A program made the position numbers and the translations under genes. Below, piece by piece: positions 10,723 through 23,206 of a stretch of DNA of 64,000 nucleotides (position 1 is the stretch's first letter; the number at the start of each line of letters is the position of its first letter). Under the pieces are notes generated by a model. It was not told where the DNA came from, searched no databases, and was given only the letters and a program-made list of their open reading frames with translations. This stretch comes from Seison nebaliae (taxonomy: Eukaryota). The stretch is from positions 1 through 64,000 of the forward strand of contig JALJEE010002203.1 in NCBI GenBank assembly GCA_023231475.1, given 5' to 3'.

Positions 10723-13372
10723 TTATATTGAACTTTCATGATTAGGACACGATATGGTTTGTTTTTATATACAAATAGAAAATTAATTGAACTTTCAATC
10801 AATTTCTTAAATAGGAATATGGAAATAAAACCATTTTTCAATTTCCATAATTATTTATTAATTTATTAGAATATTTAATTAAATTATTTTTCATAATTAA
10901 CTTTCAGGAGATTAGATTCATTGTGCAGTTAAGCTCAATATTTTATATGGAAATGATGATTTGACGTTTGTCGGTTCGAATTATTGGAATGTTCGAAATT
11001 TAATGTTAAGCTTCAAAACAACCGATAAAAATTGCGAAGTATTACGTGTGAATCTTCAATATTGCCTAAAGATATAAATATGATGGACGTTATTTTTTCG
11101 AATTTGTTCCCTCCTTATTGATTTGTGTGAATAATTTTGATTTTTGGCTTTGTTCTCTCAAGTAAATAGGCGCAAACTAACATTAAAGTTATTACGATTA
11201 TTAACAATTAATTTAGTTAACTGTCAAATTTGATATTTTATTCACATAATAATTTCCTCTCAAATGAGATTTAATAAAAATTAATATTTCACATATTCCT
11301 CATATTACCAACGCACGAATGACTGGTGAAATTAATATCGATTTTACTATATTGATTTTGCATTTTTTCTCAATTACCTGTCGCCATTCCATCTCCGAGC
11401 ACTACTTTGACAGTTTTCATGAATTTTTACGTTTTTCAAATAATTTCCTTCTTTCGCACATATATTCGTTCTCTCCTCACACATACAAAACTTTAACTTT
11501 TTTCATGTTTATTTAATACACAAGTGCGTAATTCATATTTACAAATTTATCAAATCTAGCTGCTTATTTTGTTGTTGAGAAACGATTATTTCTTCTCAAT
11601 CTATTTCTCAATTTCAATGTTTTTACTCTCTTTAATCTTTCAAAAGATATCATCGTTACCTTATTTTTATTATTTTAACTGATAAACAAACAAAATGAAA
11701 TCGTCGTGACATAGACGGATATGTTCTTGACAGTTAAGGTAGGACTGTGTGTGGATAAGGTGGGTGGATGAGAGATATATATAATAAGATATTTGAACAT
11801 AATGAAACGATTTATTGAAAATTGTCTCCTTTCGTCAAATTGATAATTTCCTTTAAAAAATTTGACGGTTAAATTTTGAAGATATTTTCAATAAATTTCT
11901 TATGTGTAACTCCGATAGTAATAGAAAAAATATTTTTTTTTGTTCGAACGAGTAGGAGGAGGAAGATCTTATTATTATTAGTTGCATAATATTCACGTAA
12001 TGTTATACATCATCTATATCGCCTACGACGTACGTACGATGGAAGAATGGTCATGTAGGAATGTGGAGGATGAGTGAAGGTCACAGTTAACCAATTGATT
12101 GTTCGAGAAATTTTCTCACCGTATTGACCAGAGGAAAAAATAAATTTTTTTTTTTAATGAAATAAATTCAAATAATATCAACTCGTAATTTACTATGATT
12201 GATTGTTCAGTATGGAAATTTAATTTTCATATGGAAAATGCTCATGAAATAGTTTTCTCATTTTTAACTTGTCCACTTGTGAACAGGTAATGTTCATATG
12301 GAGTGAATGGTTCAAGCTGTTAAAGTTTTATTTCTTAAACTTTTTTATTCTTTCTCCCTCCTCTTTTTTTATTCATCGAACTTCTGTGAAAGAAGTTTTA
12401 TGATGCGAGTGTTAGAAAGTCAGTTTCTTGCTTGAATGAAAGGAACTCTGTTCAATCGACAACAAAAGTTTCCCATCGTTATTCCTTTAGTTTGATGAAG
12501 AAGCAGATGTTTTCAATCATTCTTCTTCTTTTTTCTCGAAAGTTCTTCGTACCTTATGTCTATTTTGACTGTTATTTGTGAAGTCTTCTTTTCAAGTCTC
12601 TTCGAATGATGATACTTTTTTTTAAATAATTATAATTATGAAATAAATTTTTCTTTTAATCATTTCATCACAGTCATTTTAATCGGAGAAATATTGATGT
12701 TTAATTATATTCGATGGTACCGAAAGAAAAACCATTATTAACAGACATTTGTTGATGTGTGGAAAAGAAGGAAAATGATATTTATAAAAAGTTCTTTTCA
12801 TTTTCATTATGCTGATAAATAGTAGCCCATTTCAACTGACGGTTTTGTTAGCCTGAAGAGATAAATTATTATAATTTTACCGAAAATAAATAAAAGTAAT
12901 CCGTCTTGCCTCGTTGAGAGAGATGGAGTTGTGAGAGAGAAGGATCGGAAACGATGCAGAAGAAATAACTTTTATAAATAGTGAAAGAGGTCAGAGTTCT
13001 TGTGCATTTTCTCATGTCAGCATTTTTTTTCTTGACGGGTCTGATCTACTGATGATGATGATGATAATGATGAATCAGTAGAAGTATGTCCGGTCCAAAA
13101 ATCAGTTGCTGTAAAACATCATTATATATGTTGAGGATGGTGAAGGAGTGAGGTTAAACTGATTATGTATCGTCTTATGATTGTGGTATGATGCATTGGG
13201 TGGGGAGAAAGCGTTAATAAGTTGTCGGAATGAATTCCTCTACAACCATATCTCATCGTTCTACATAGACTACTTCATGTTAATTCCAAATTTAATAATT
13301 AATGTTTGTTTACGAGAGTGTGGAGAGAGGTTAAAGTGAACTAAAATTTAGTTTGGTGGTATTATTAGAGAC

Positions 13373-13437
13373 GTATATATATATATGTGTCTATTTGTGT
13401 GTGTGTGTAGTACTAGTAGTAGTAGTAGTAGTAGTAG
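13373..13437. repeat. Compound (TA)n/(TG)n/(GTA)n microsatellite
   Basis: Directly visible. Confidence 0.85.
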
Positions 13438-14905
13438 AAGAAATAGTAGAAGTTTCTTCAAATAAGAAACCTTTTAAATATTGTAAATTGAATGAGGAAA
13501 TAATTCACATCATTCGATATGATTGTATCTACTCTTTTGTCGATTAGATATTGGTCTATCATCAGAAATCAATTGAAAATCAATCTATTTAACTAGCGGT
13601 AACTGTCTTAATAATCGTTTGCCATTTCCACGAAACTGACGTGCGTCTCATATGTGAATTTTGTGATTTCTTTCCTTCTACAGTTTGGTGGAGGTTGAAT
13701 GGGGGAAAAAATGGACTTTGACTCATTTTCTTCGTCGTCTTTGTCTTCCTCCATTGTTCGGCGTTCAATGCGATCTCGATATATTGGCGATTGTATGATA
13801 AATTGAAAATGTTTTTATTTCGTTTGTTTATGGGGGAAGAGAGAGGAGGAGGAAAGGAATATTATTAGGAATGTCATTCTCGCTCGGATAGGATATCAAT
13901 ATGGATCAATATCATGTTTCCATCATTTATCTATTGTACTCCGTACACAACTGAAAGACTTGTCGTCTTCAATCTCATTAATCTACTAACTTTCTCTCCT
14001 ATCGTCATCTGGTAACATGATAATTTATTTAAGATAATTCCGAAGTTGTTTCATTGAATCTTTTTTTTTCTTCTTCAAACTTTAATGATGAGGATGATGA
14101 ATAAAAGATGAATTTGTTTAACGAATGTTATAATGAGGAAATTATCTCAGATCTATCATTAACAATGGAAATGAGATGTTTATTTGATGATCATAAAAAT
14201 TTATTAACCACAAAATTAGTTTTTTTAGAATTATCTTATAAATAATTATTTGAATTATATGTCAATAATATTTTTATAGTTTTCGTCATTGTTATTGTTG
14301 CTGTTGTTTGTGACTGTCAGGAAGAAAGAAGAATTCGTTCATTCGTTCTTCGAAATATTTATGGAGAGATATTCGTGCCAGAATATTTCTCTTTATTTCA
14401 TTCCATTCAATTCGTGTCGGTCACTGTTTGGTGATGATGAACGCGTTCAATTCATCTTCACTTTTCTCATCATTTTCGTGATAATGTCTATTCTCTGTTC
14501 TCTTGACGAATTAAATTCTCTGTTTCCTTCCATTCTATTGTCATTCATCACTTCCAAATAATAATGGAATGGAATCGACAAAGAATTATGTTAAGAACAT
14601 TCACATTCGTTACCACGAACGATAGACAATTCTCTCTTCAATTCTCGCTCATATGACGTTGTCATTTACTTCATTGAAATATATTCGATTATTATTGTTG
14701 TTGTTGTTGTTTGTTGGATATTTATCTATTATATTTCTTATTTTATGTTATGAAGTGGATGAATAATGAATTGTATTTGATTTGTCGCTTAAATGTTGTT
14801 TTTAGAGAAAAAATCTTCATGAAAATTAGTCGTGAAAGAAATGAATCTAATTTAATGAAACATATTTATCGACGTTCTCTCAATTAGAATTTCTTTTTTT
14901 TCACA

Positions 14906-17118
14906 ATGCTCAGACATCATATGGAAGATAAATTGTTCAGTTTACCATTCGATCCATCAGATGTTAGTTAATTAATTCATTTCCATATTTTCTCTAACTT
15001 ATTTGAATGTTTTTGAAGGAATTCATTTTGAATGATGTTCGAATGGATCATATGGATGAATTGAATGGCAATGGATTATTGTTACTCGATACAACATCTG
15101 AAAACAATAGACATGATATGTTATTAGGTTCTCTGATCGATGATCCGGTGAAAGATTCAACAATAACGTCATCAATCGATAATCATAATTTTTATGAAAA
15201 TTCCGTATTTACTCCAAACATCCCTGATGCTAATTCTCGTCTACAACAACATGCCAATACATCAAATCAACAAGAGAAAAATTCCTTATTATTATCACCA
15301 CCATTAGCATCACAACAACAACAACAACATAATAATTCCAATAATCAAAATATTCGATGTGATTTTTTATCTTTTCCAGATGACGGAAATAAATTATCAT
15401 TGACGTCAACATCATCTATTATCCTTCCCTCCACAATCAATTCGAAAGGAGAGAATGAGAAACAATTCGACAACTTCAAAATGATAACAACTCCAAGTGA
15501 TTTGGATGTGAGACCGAAGGGTGTAGGGAAGAAGCATTTGTTCAATTCCACCAATATTAAGAAAGAGCCGAAAATAAAAAAAGAACCGAAAGAAATTCAT
15601 TCAATTCTCACACCGTCAAGAGATCGTAAACGGAAACATTCCGAATCCTTCACTAATAACAATCAAAAAAAGAATGAAAATTTTATGAACATTCAAATAA
15701 AATCTCAAAAAGAAAATTATGATTATTCGATCAATAACATTGACATGAATCCAACAAACAACAACAACAACGTTAATTATGATAGTATTGACAATTTCGA
15801 ACATAAATCAAATATTCAATATTTTAATTCATCATCATTGTATAACAATAATAATAATAATAATAATAATAACAATAACAACAATAATAACAATAATAAC
15901 AATTATATGAAACATTCAAATATTAATTTATCTAATTGTATAATGACACCGTCAGGTTCGGAACATGATGCTGATTCACCCCCAAGTTCTGATACGTTGA
16001 CCATACGTCGTCCATCTCCTAAACAATTGCATTCTCCCACTCAACAAATGTCGACGATGCAACGACGACAAATGATCCAAACGAATCGATCAACTCAATA
16101 TAACATGAAGAAGCAGGAACATTTCGATGATGTCTATCCATTTCTTGTCGATCTTAACCGTTTGCCACAAAGTGGTCCGTTGAGATTGAGTGAAGAGGAA
16201 ATTAAGACGTTGGAAGCAGAAGGACATCCCGTCCCGACTAAATGTCCTCTCACCAAAATCGAGGAACGAATTCTAAAGAAGATTCGTCGAAAAATAAAAA
16301 ATAAAGTTCAAAATTAAAATTATATTTTATTTATATTTTTCTTCTTCTCAGATATCAGCTCAAGAAAGTCGTCGAAAGAAGAAAGAATATGTTGATCATT
16401 TGGAACAGCAATTGAATGCATTCTCGAAGAATAATGAGGTGTTGAGTGAAGAGCTCGTTCAAATTAAGAAGGAGAAAGAGGAGATGATGAATGAGCTCCA
16501 TCAATTGAAGGGTCATATCAGTAAAATTAATCATCCATGGGCATCGAAATTATCAGCCGTTTTTCTCATGTGGATAGTGTTCTTTTGTGCCGTTTGTATC
16601 GGTACAATGACGCCATACGTCCAACAATCTCCCCATCGTATATATGACCGTTCAGCAGCTCAGAGAACTGTTGATGTGACATCTCATTCATCGTCTTCTT
16701 CCTCTTCTTCCTCTTCATCCTCCTCCTCCTCCTCTAATAACGAGGATGGATCTCATCAATTATTTTTTGAAAATATCCATCGTCACCATGACGACAATAA
16801 TAACAACAACAACAACAATAATAATAATAATAATAATACGAATAAGAATTGGTATTATCGATCGAATGGGAAAACGGATTATAATAGATATCCGATGAAT
16901 TCTCTCTTGCCAGTGAAATCAGAAGGTTGATATTTTCTTCCTTCAAATTTCATCTTTTAATTTTATCATCACAATTCCATTCCACATCTATCATCCATAT
17001 AGATGTAGATATAGATCAACATCTACAGAAGAGATTCCAAAAGAGAAATAATATCATTACAAAACAATTCGCTTATCAGCCCATCTTCCCATCCTCCACC
17101 ATACAACAGATATCGTAA
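14906..17118 (+). CDS. CREB3-family (CREB3L/CrebA-type) membrane-anchored bZIP transcription factor (~677 aa)
   Basis: Exons 14906-14962, 15019-16305, 16352-16925, 17003-17118. ATB segment [34 protein letters not shown], spliced basic region [26 protein letters not shown], leucine zipper, then a hydrophobic TM segment ([18 protein letters not shown]). Confidence 0.9.
15844..15903 (+). repeat. Coding (AAT/AAC)n repeat giving a poly-Asn tract
   Basis: About 20 Asn codons in the bZIP gene. A poly-Ser tract (~16687-16734) and a second poly-Asn tract (~16796-16837) lie in the luminal part. Confidence 0.9.
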
Positions 17119-17601
17119 TGATGATTCTGTCTGATATCCAATGAAATTAATCTTCTCAATTTCACGAATATCATAAAAAAAAAAGAGAGAAATTCATTCA
17201 CAAATATTCTTCTTGTTATTTGAATTATTTCTTTTTTTTTTCTCGTTTTCTTTCTTTGAAATAATTGATATTAATTTTTCTGCAACTCAAATTCTTCATC
17301 ATCATCACTCACAACAACACAGTCAACATTCATTCGACATTTATTTCATTCGTTTTGAACAATTATTAACACAAATCCACAAACAAAACTACTAATCATT
17401 TCAGAATTGCATAATTTTATTTTTCTGATCGATCGATCTTCATTTCATCGATTATTTTATGATTTTATTTCACTCATTTCTTCTCCCTCTCAATTCGGTC
17501 ACATTTAATTTAACTTTATTTATCTTATTTATCAGTTCTATACTTCATTGCTCTCCTTCTTTCCTCTCCGATTTATCGTTCTTCTTTTTTTCCGTTTACA
17601 A

Positions 17602-17624
17602 CTCTCTCTCTCTCTCTCTCTCTC
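17602..17624. repeat. (CT)n microsatellite
   Basis: Directly visible between the convergent bZIP and RBM39 genes. Confidence 0.9.
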
Positions 17625-17880
17625 ACATACAATTTATTCTTTAATTTCGATTTATTGGACGAACGGAAACTATTTGAAATGGGAAATCCACAAATCTTTT
17701 GAGTCAAGTCCCAAATCAAATTTTTTTTTGGAGAAAAATAGATTTTGAAAAGAAACATTAAACAAATCATTAAATCGACAATTTATTAGAGAATTAATGA
17801 ATTTTTGAGAGAAAAAAATTTCTTTAAAGAAAAAAACCATCAAAATAAAGAAAATTTATGGAAATCATATTTCCATTCAT

Positions 17881-20246
17881 TCAACATCCATACGTACTCT
17901 CATTCAATAATGTTACACATTCTTTTGATTGTGAGAAGAGTCGAATATAATCCACTAAATTCACATAAGTGATATGAGCACGATTGCCTCCGAATAATCT
18001 TCGATTCGTCGAATTCATCACTTTAATTGCTGTTTCAGTGGAACTGCATTTACAGAAGATGATTCCATTCGGATTTTCCGAATCCACATGAACATGTAGA
18101 CAACCGCCATTAGGTTTACACGCTCCAATTATATCATCCTTTATATCAGATATCCAATTACTGTTTGGATCTTCCTTATTCGGATTGAACATATTAGCAA
18201 AACATAAAAATTGAGTTGGTGAAGTAGCAGCTGTTGGAGCGATGATAATATTCGTCGATCTAACAATATCTGGTGTTTGTAAAATATTATTTTCTCTCAT
18301 ACCACTTGAACCAATGGGACAACTACCTAATTTGACAGCAGCCTCCAAAGCACGAGCTGTATTTATCGGAACTTTTACTCCACTACTTTCCGCCAATTTC
18401 GCCATCAATTTTAAACGTCCCGTATTTCCAAATGGTAAAGTCGGTTGAGTTGTATCATCTCGTTCCGGTACATCACCTCCATCATCTTTCATGATAATCG
18501 TTCCGTTCGGAAGATAAGTTTTATTATCAGAACACGCATCAATTTTCATGGGACGATCGAAAATTTTCATTCCATCTAATTCCACAACAGCTCTCTTCGA
18601 TTCGGCGATTGTCTTAAACTAGAACAAAAATTTCAAATATTTAAAATTAGAAATTATGAAAATAAAAAAAAAAATTTCCGAAACTGTGACAAATCCAAAT
18701 CCTTGAGATCCCCCACCACTATTTGTACTGATGGTAGCGGTGATGACTCGACCGGCATTCAAGAAGATTTTGATTAATGCATCTGTTGTTACACGTGCAT
18801 CGAGATTACCGACATAAACACGATGTGCTGTCAATGGTGGATAAGCGTCATAAGCATCTGATAATAATAATTAGAAAAAAATAAAATAAAAAAATAAAAA
18901 TTAGAAAAAAGATAAATTAAATAACTTGATGGTCTACCAACATTGGACAAACCAGGTACATAAGCCGCACGTATTCTCAATTGATTATTTCTAATTTTAT
19001 GATCTTTCACCTCCAAACATTTAGCGACATGTTCCGGTTCCATAAATTCGACATAAGCGACAGTATTCGATTTTTTCGATCTACTACAAATAATTCGAAT
19101 ATCTCGAATTTCTCCGAAACTTTCAAAATATTCGTGAATATTCTCCTTTCTCATTCGTCCTGTCAATTGCATGACAAAGATGGTACATTCGTCACGTTGT
19201 TCCATTTGATTTTGAGAATCTTTTTCCATTTTCTCATTTTTATTATTATCGGACAAATCGTCACTCCTTTCTTTATTCTCTTTATATTTATCCGATTTGG
19301 ATCGATGACGATCTCTCGTCAAATCGGATGATGACCATTTTGAATTAGATAATTCCACTCTCATTTTTCCCCTACGATTTTGTTCATCTTTGAATTTCCT
19401 TTCTAATTGTTTCCGTGCTAATCTCTCAGCAACTTCTCCGTCGTCAGACGATCCATCATCTGATTTTTGGTTTGATGATGGTGAATGATTTTTTTTGGAA
19501 CTGTCCGATGATTTCGAGGAAGAAGATGAGGATGAACGTGATGAAGATGTTTGTCTTTTTGATTTTCTTTTCTTTCTTTTATCGTCGTCATAATTCTCTC
19601 GTCGACTACGATGATAACTGGAATATTTATCGGAATGTCGATAACGATCTGGAGAATATCTAGAACGATGACGATGATGGTGACTTTTCTGATTTCTTGA
19701 TTCGTGACGTCGATACTCCACTACACGATGATGATGATGATGATGACGACGACTAGAACTTCTGGAACGATGATGAGATTTCTTCACCGATTTATGGTGA
19801 CGAGATCGATTGTTATCAATCGAATCATCCGAATCTGTTGAATGTCTCAATTTCGACCTAAATCAACAGGGAAATAAATTGGAAAGATTAATGAATTTGT
19901 TTCGATGGATGATGGAACTCTTCACTTTTTTGTGTGATTGTTGTAGAGAATAAAGTTAGAGAGAATGTGAGAAAGAAAGAAAATGAAGAAGAAATGGAGA
20001 AATTCTTCTTTTCTTCGATCGAACCAAAATTTATTATATTTTTATCATTTCTCACAAGTTTTCATATTAGAATATATGATGCCCTAAATAAAAAGAAATA
20101 TTCTTTCATTAATTAAGTTCATTCATTAAGTAGGAAATTAAAATTGTTCAGTTTATCATTTTATCAAAGAAATTATTTCGAAAAAAAATTCACCTCTTTA
20201 TTCTTCTTTCCTCTTCTTGATCGGATGACGAACTATCGTCAGACAT
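17881..20246 (-). CDS. RBM39: RBM39/CAPER-like splicing factor (~631 aa)
   Basis: Exons 20246-20194 (MSDDSSSSDQEEERRIKR), 19857-18926, 18857-18685, 18618-17881. RS-rich N-terminus, RRM1 (RDECTIFVMQL), RRM2 (RVYVGNL..GFGFVT|F), GRLKLMAKLAE linker and UHM (NMFNP..W..DIKDDI..CLHVHVD..NRRLFGG). Confidence 0.9.
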
Positions 20247-23187
20247 TATTCTTCTTTTCTTCTTTATTGGAATTTGCGCAACTTATTTTTTCTCACTGTT
20301 GTTTCTTTTCTTCGTACAATTCACAAACCTCATAAAATTATTAAAAAAAAATTGAATTAAAAAGAATTATTTTCCATGTGCATTATTAGCGTCTCAAAAA
20401 TGTTCATACAAAATTTTTTAATTAAAAATATTTAGCTTAATTCGAAAATTTATTGGCAACGAAATTAAAAGAGTATTAATTTATTCAAATATCTAAATTT
20501 TAAAAATTTGAATGTTAAGGCTAAAATTCAAATTTTCTTTTTACCCGAAATTTATTTTAACTAAAATAATTTTAGTGTAGAATGAGATGAGCTAGAGAGG
20601 AAGAGAACTAACTCCTTTCTTGATCGACCGAAGGAACATACTACTCGTATCATCGACGGTAATAATTACCTGTCGAATGAGGAGTTCAGTTTTCTTTGTA
20701 ATTCGAGTAAATGATGTTCGAAAAGTTTTCTTCAATTTTTTGTCGATGATCCACATAATAACAATAAAACGTAAACAAAAAGGAAATGAATTACTAAAAT
20801 AATAAATGATCATTAAAATTTCAATTTGAGTTTGTTATGTGATGATTCTCAAAGATTTCTTTCATCAATCTTTTATTAAATAAATGTTTTTTAATTTTTT
20901 ATTGTTTTTCTTATGAGAATCATATGACTGTTTTGATGTTTTTCTTTGATAATGAAGGAGAATTAATATTTGTTTAGTTAACTAATAAGCAGAATATATA
21001 TACGATAAATTTATTTTAGGTTCATATTTAATTTAGTTATATCTCGTCGTCGGATGAACGAGGGAGGAAGAGGATTATTGGTCTTTCCAGATGAGTCTCC
21101 TTCGAATTTATTGTTGCATGCAAGAAGAATTTAAAATGGTCTTATAAGATAATTATTGTTCAATTAGATTAGGGAGAATAAGTGATTAGTTGATAATGTA
21201 TAATAAGGTTAATTTTGCATGATTAATTTGGTCGCTTTTCTGATCAATCATCAGTTGATCATCAGTAAGAGACTATGGTGAGAGTGGAATGACTTTATTC
21301 AATTTCCGTTCACTCCCAACAAAAGTTGGAAGGAGTACAATAAAGGAAGCGAATAAGATTGATGGATAGATGGATAGATAAAAGGATAGGGATATGAACT
21401 TTATATTATACTAATCTGTCAGGAGAAGTAGCAATATATTTGGGGATACGCTACGTAGGATATGAGTTAAGAAGATTAAATAATAATTATAAAGAATATC
21501 TTTTTTCTTATCTCTTAATTTTGCTTTGTGTTCTTGTCGATGATGATGATGATGATGATATTGTTAGTTATGATGGAATTGTTAGTTTTATTATGATTTC
21601 TTCCTCCAACATCTTCCATCGCCGTTCTATGAATCGTATATATAATTGTCAATTATTTTATATTCTATAAATATCATTCGAAAGAGAATAAACGAATATT
21701 AATGAAGATTTCCACTAGTTTTCCATAGATCAATAAATTCTTCTAATATTGCATGATATGGTGTAGTTTAAATGTAATTTTTATATTGAATGTTCATGAA
21801 AAATAATAATTTTTATCCTCCAACTCAAATTATAATGGTCAACCTTTCAGCCCTTAATAATCATCATTCGACATTTTGCTGCATTCTCTTATCTGCTAAT
21901 CTTCTATTAATGAACACATTCAAGGGAAAGTACGAATGGTAATAAATGAGGAATAAAATAGAACTTACGAAGGAAATGTGACGTTTCACATGATATTCAT
22001 TTCGAGAAAACTACTACTATCATTATGAATGTTTATGCAAGTCTATTTCATGAGGATAGTCCATTTCACCCTTTGTATTTTGTATATCACCCTCATTCTC
22101 CTTCCACAGTAATTGGAGAAGACGGTAACACATCTCGTTCCGTCGATGCACATGAGCAAGTAAAGGTTTCCCATTTATCCAACTTGAATTTCAATCATTA
22201 TAATTGCATTCGAATTTGGTGAAGAGGCAAATAAATTAAATTTTCGATATCGGTCAGAATTCTCACAGACCAAACATTTCTCATTCTTCTTATTTTCTAT
22301 AACTATTAAATCCATATCCGTTATCCATCATTCAGACAATTCAATTCATTCATGATAAATGTTCATTTACGAAAAACTTAATTCCGTTTGAAAATAGAAC
22401 CGTCGTGATTCTCTGGAAACATGCCAGGTAACTATAAAAATCTTTCTGTGAAGAGTTATATGATTCGCTGAATTCTCCTCAAAGATTTCATTTTCTTTGT
22501 TTTGTGCACTGTTAGTGCACTGTGAGTGCACAAATTGGTAGACTTCTTTTAGTATTGACATCAATTGGGTATTATAACGTTAGTTATCGTAGGAGTATGC
22601 AGTGTTAGTAATGAAGTTGATTAGATGAGAATTTATTGATTTATTTGGATATCGAATTATTATAACATTTAATTGCTCGTTTAACACAATCCAACGGACA
22701 TGAATGCACTGACACATGTAGCTGATGGAAATTCTTATGTCAAAATGAAGAAATTTATACAAGCCATCAGAACAATATGTACGAGGGAATTCACCATTAT
22801 ATGGACGAAATGGTGAATGGAAATTTCGACGGGAATGGGAGATGTTTCCAATAAATTTTTAGACCTTGACAATACTTCCATTTTGTTTATGCCTATAATC
22901 ATATTTCGACTCTTCTACTGCGCAGGTGAACAAGAAGAAATTGAACAATTTAAAAAGGAACCAACTTCTCATCATCCGAAAACGGTTATTGAGAAACCTA
23001 ATGGTAAAAAAATAAAGAAATTGAATACTCGTTTTTTTGGGAACTTAACTATCATCTTATCTCTAGTGTGTTCATGTGTGATGAACGGCGCAAAATAAAG
23101 GGAGGAATGTCATAATGAACATATTCTCTCCACTAAATACGGTTATTGTTGTCATTGTTATTTTGATGATGTCTATAACTCTTCACG

Positions 23188-23206
23188 GACACACACACAC
23201 ACACAC
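23188..23206. repeat. (AC)n microsatellite
   Basis: Directly visible. Confidence 0.9.

Noticed and set aside
13626..13645. CCACG...TGACGTG resembling UPRE/CRE sites upstream of the CREB3-type gene
   Set aside because: Imperfect match, single occurrence, TSS unknown.
20592..20813. Segment with a canonical CAG|GTAATT donor on the minus strand, considered as SL RNA or an upstream RBM39 exon
   Set aside because: No recognisable spliced-leader sequence or Sm site, and no partner acceptor could be established.
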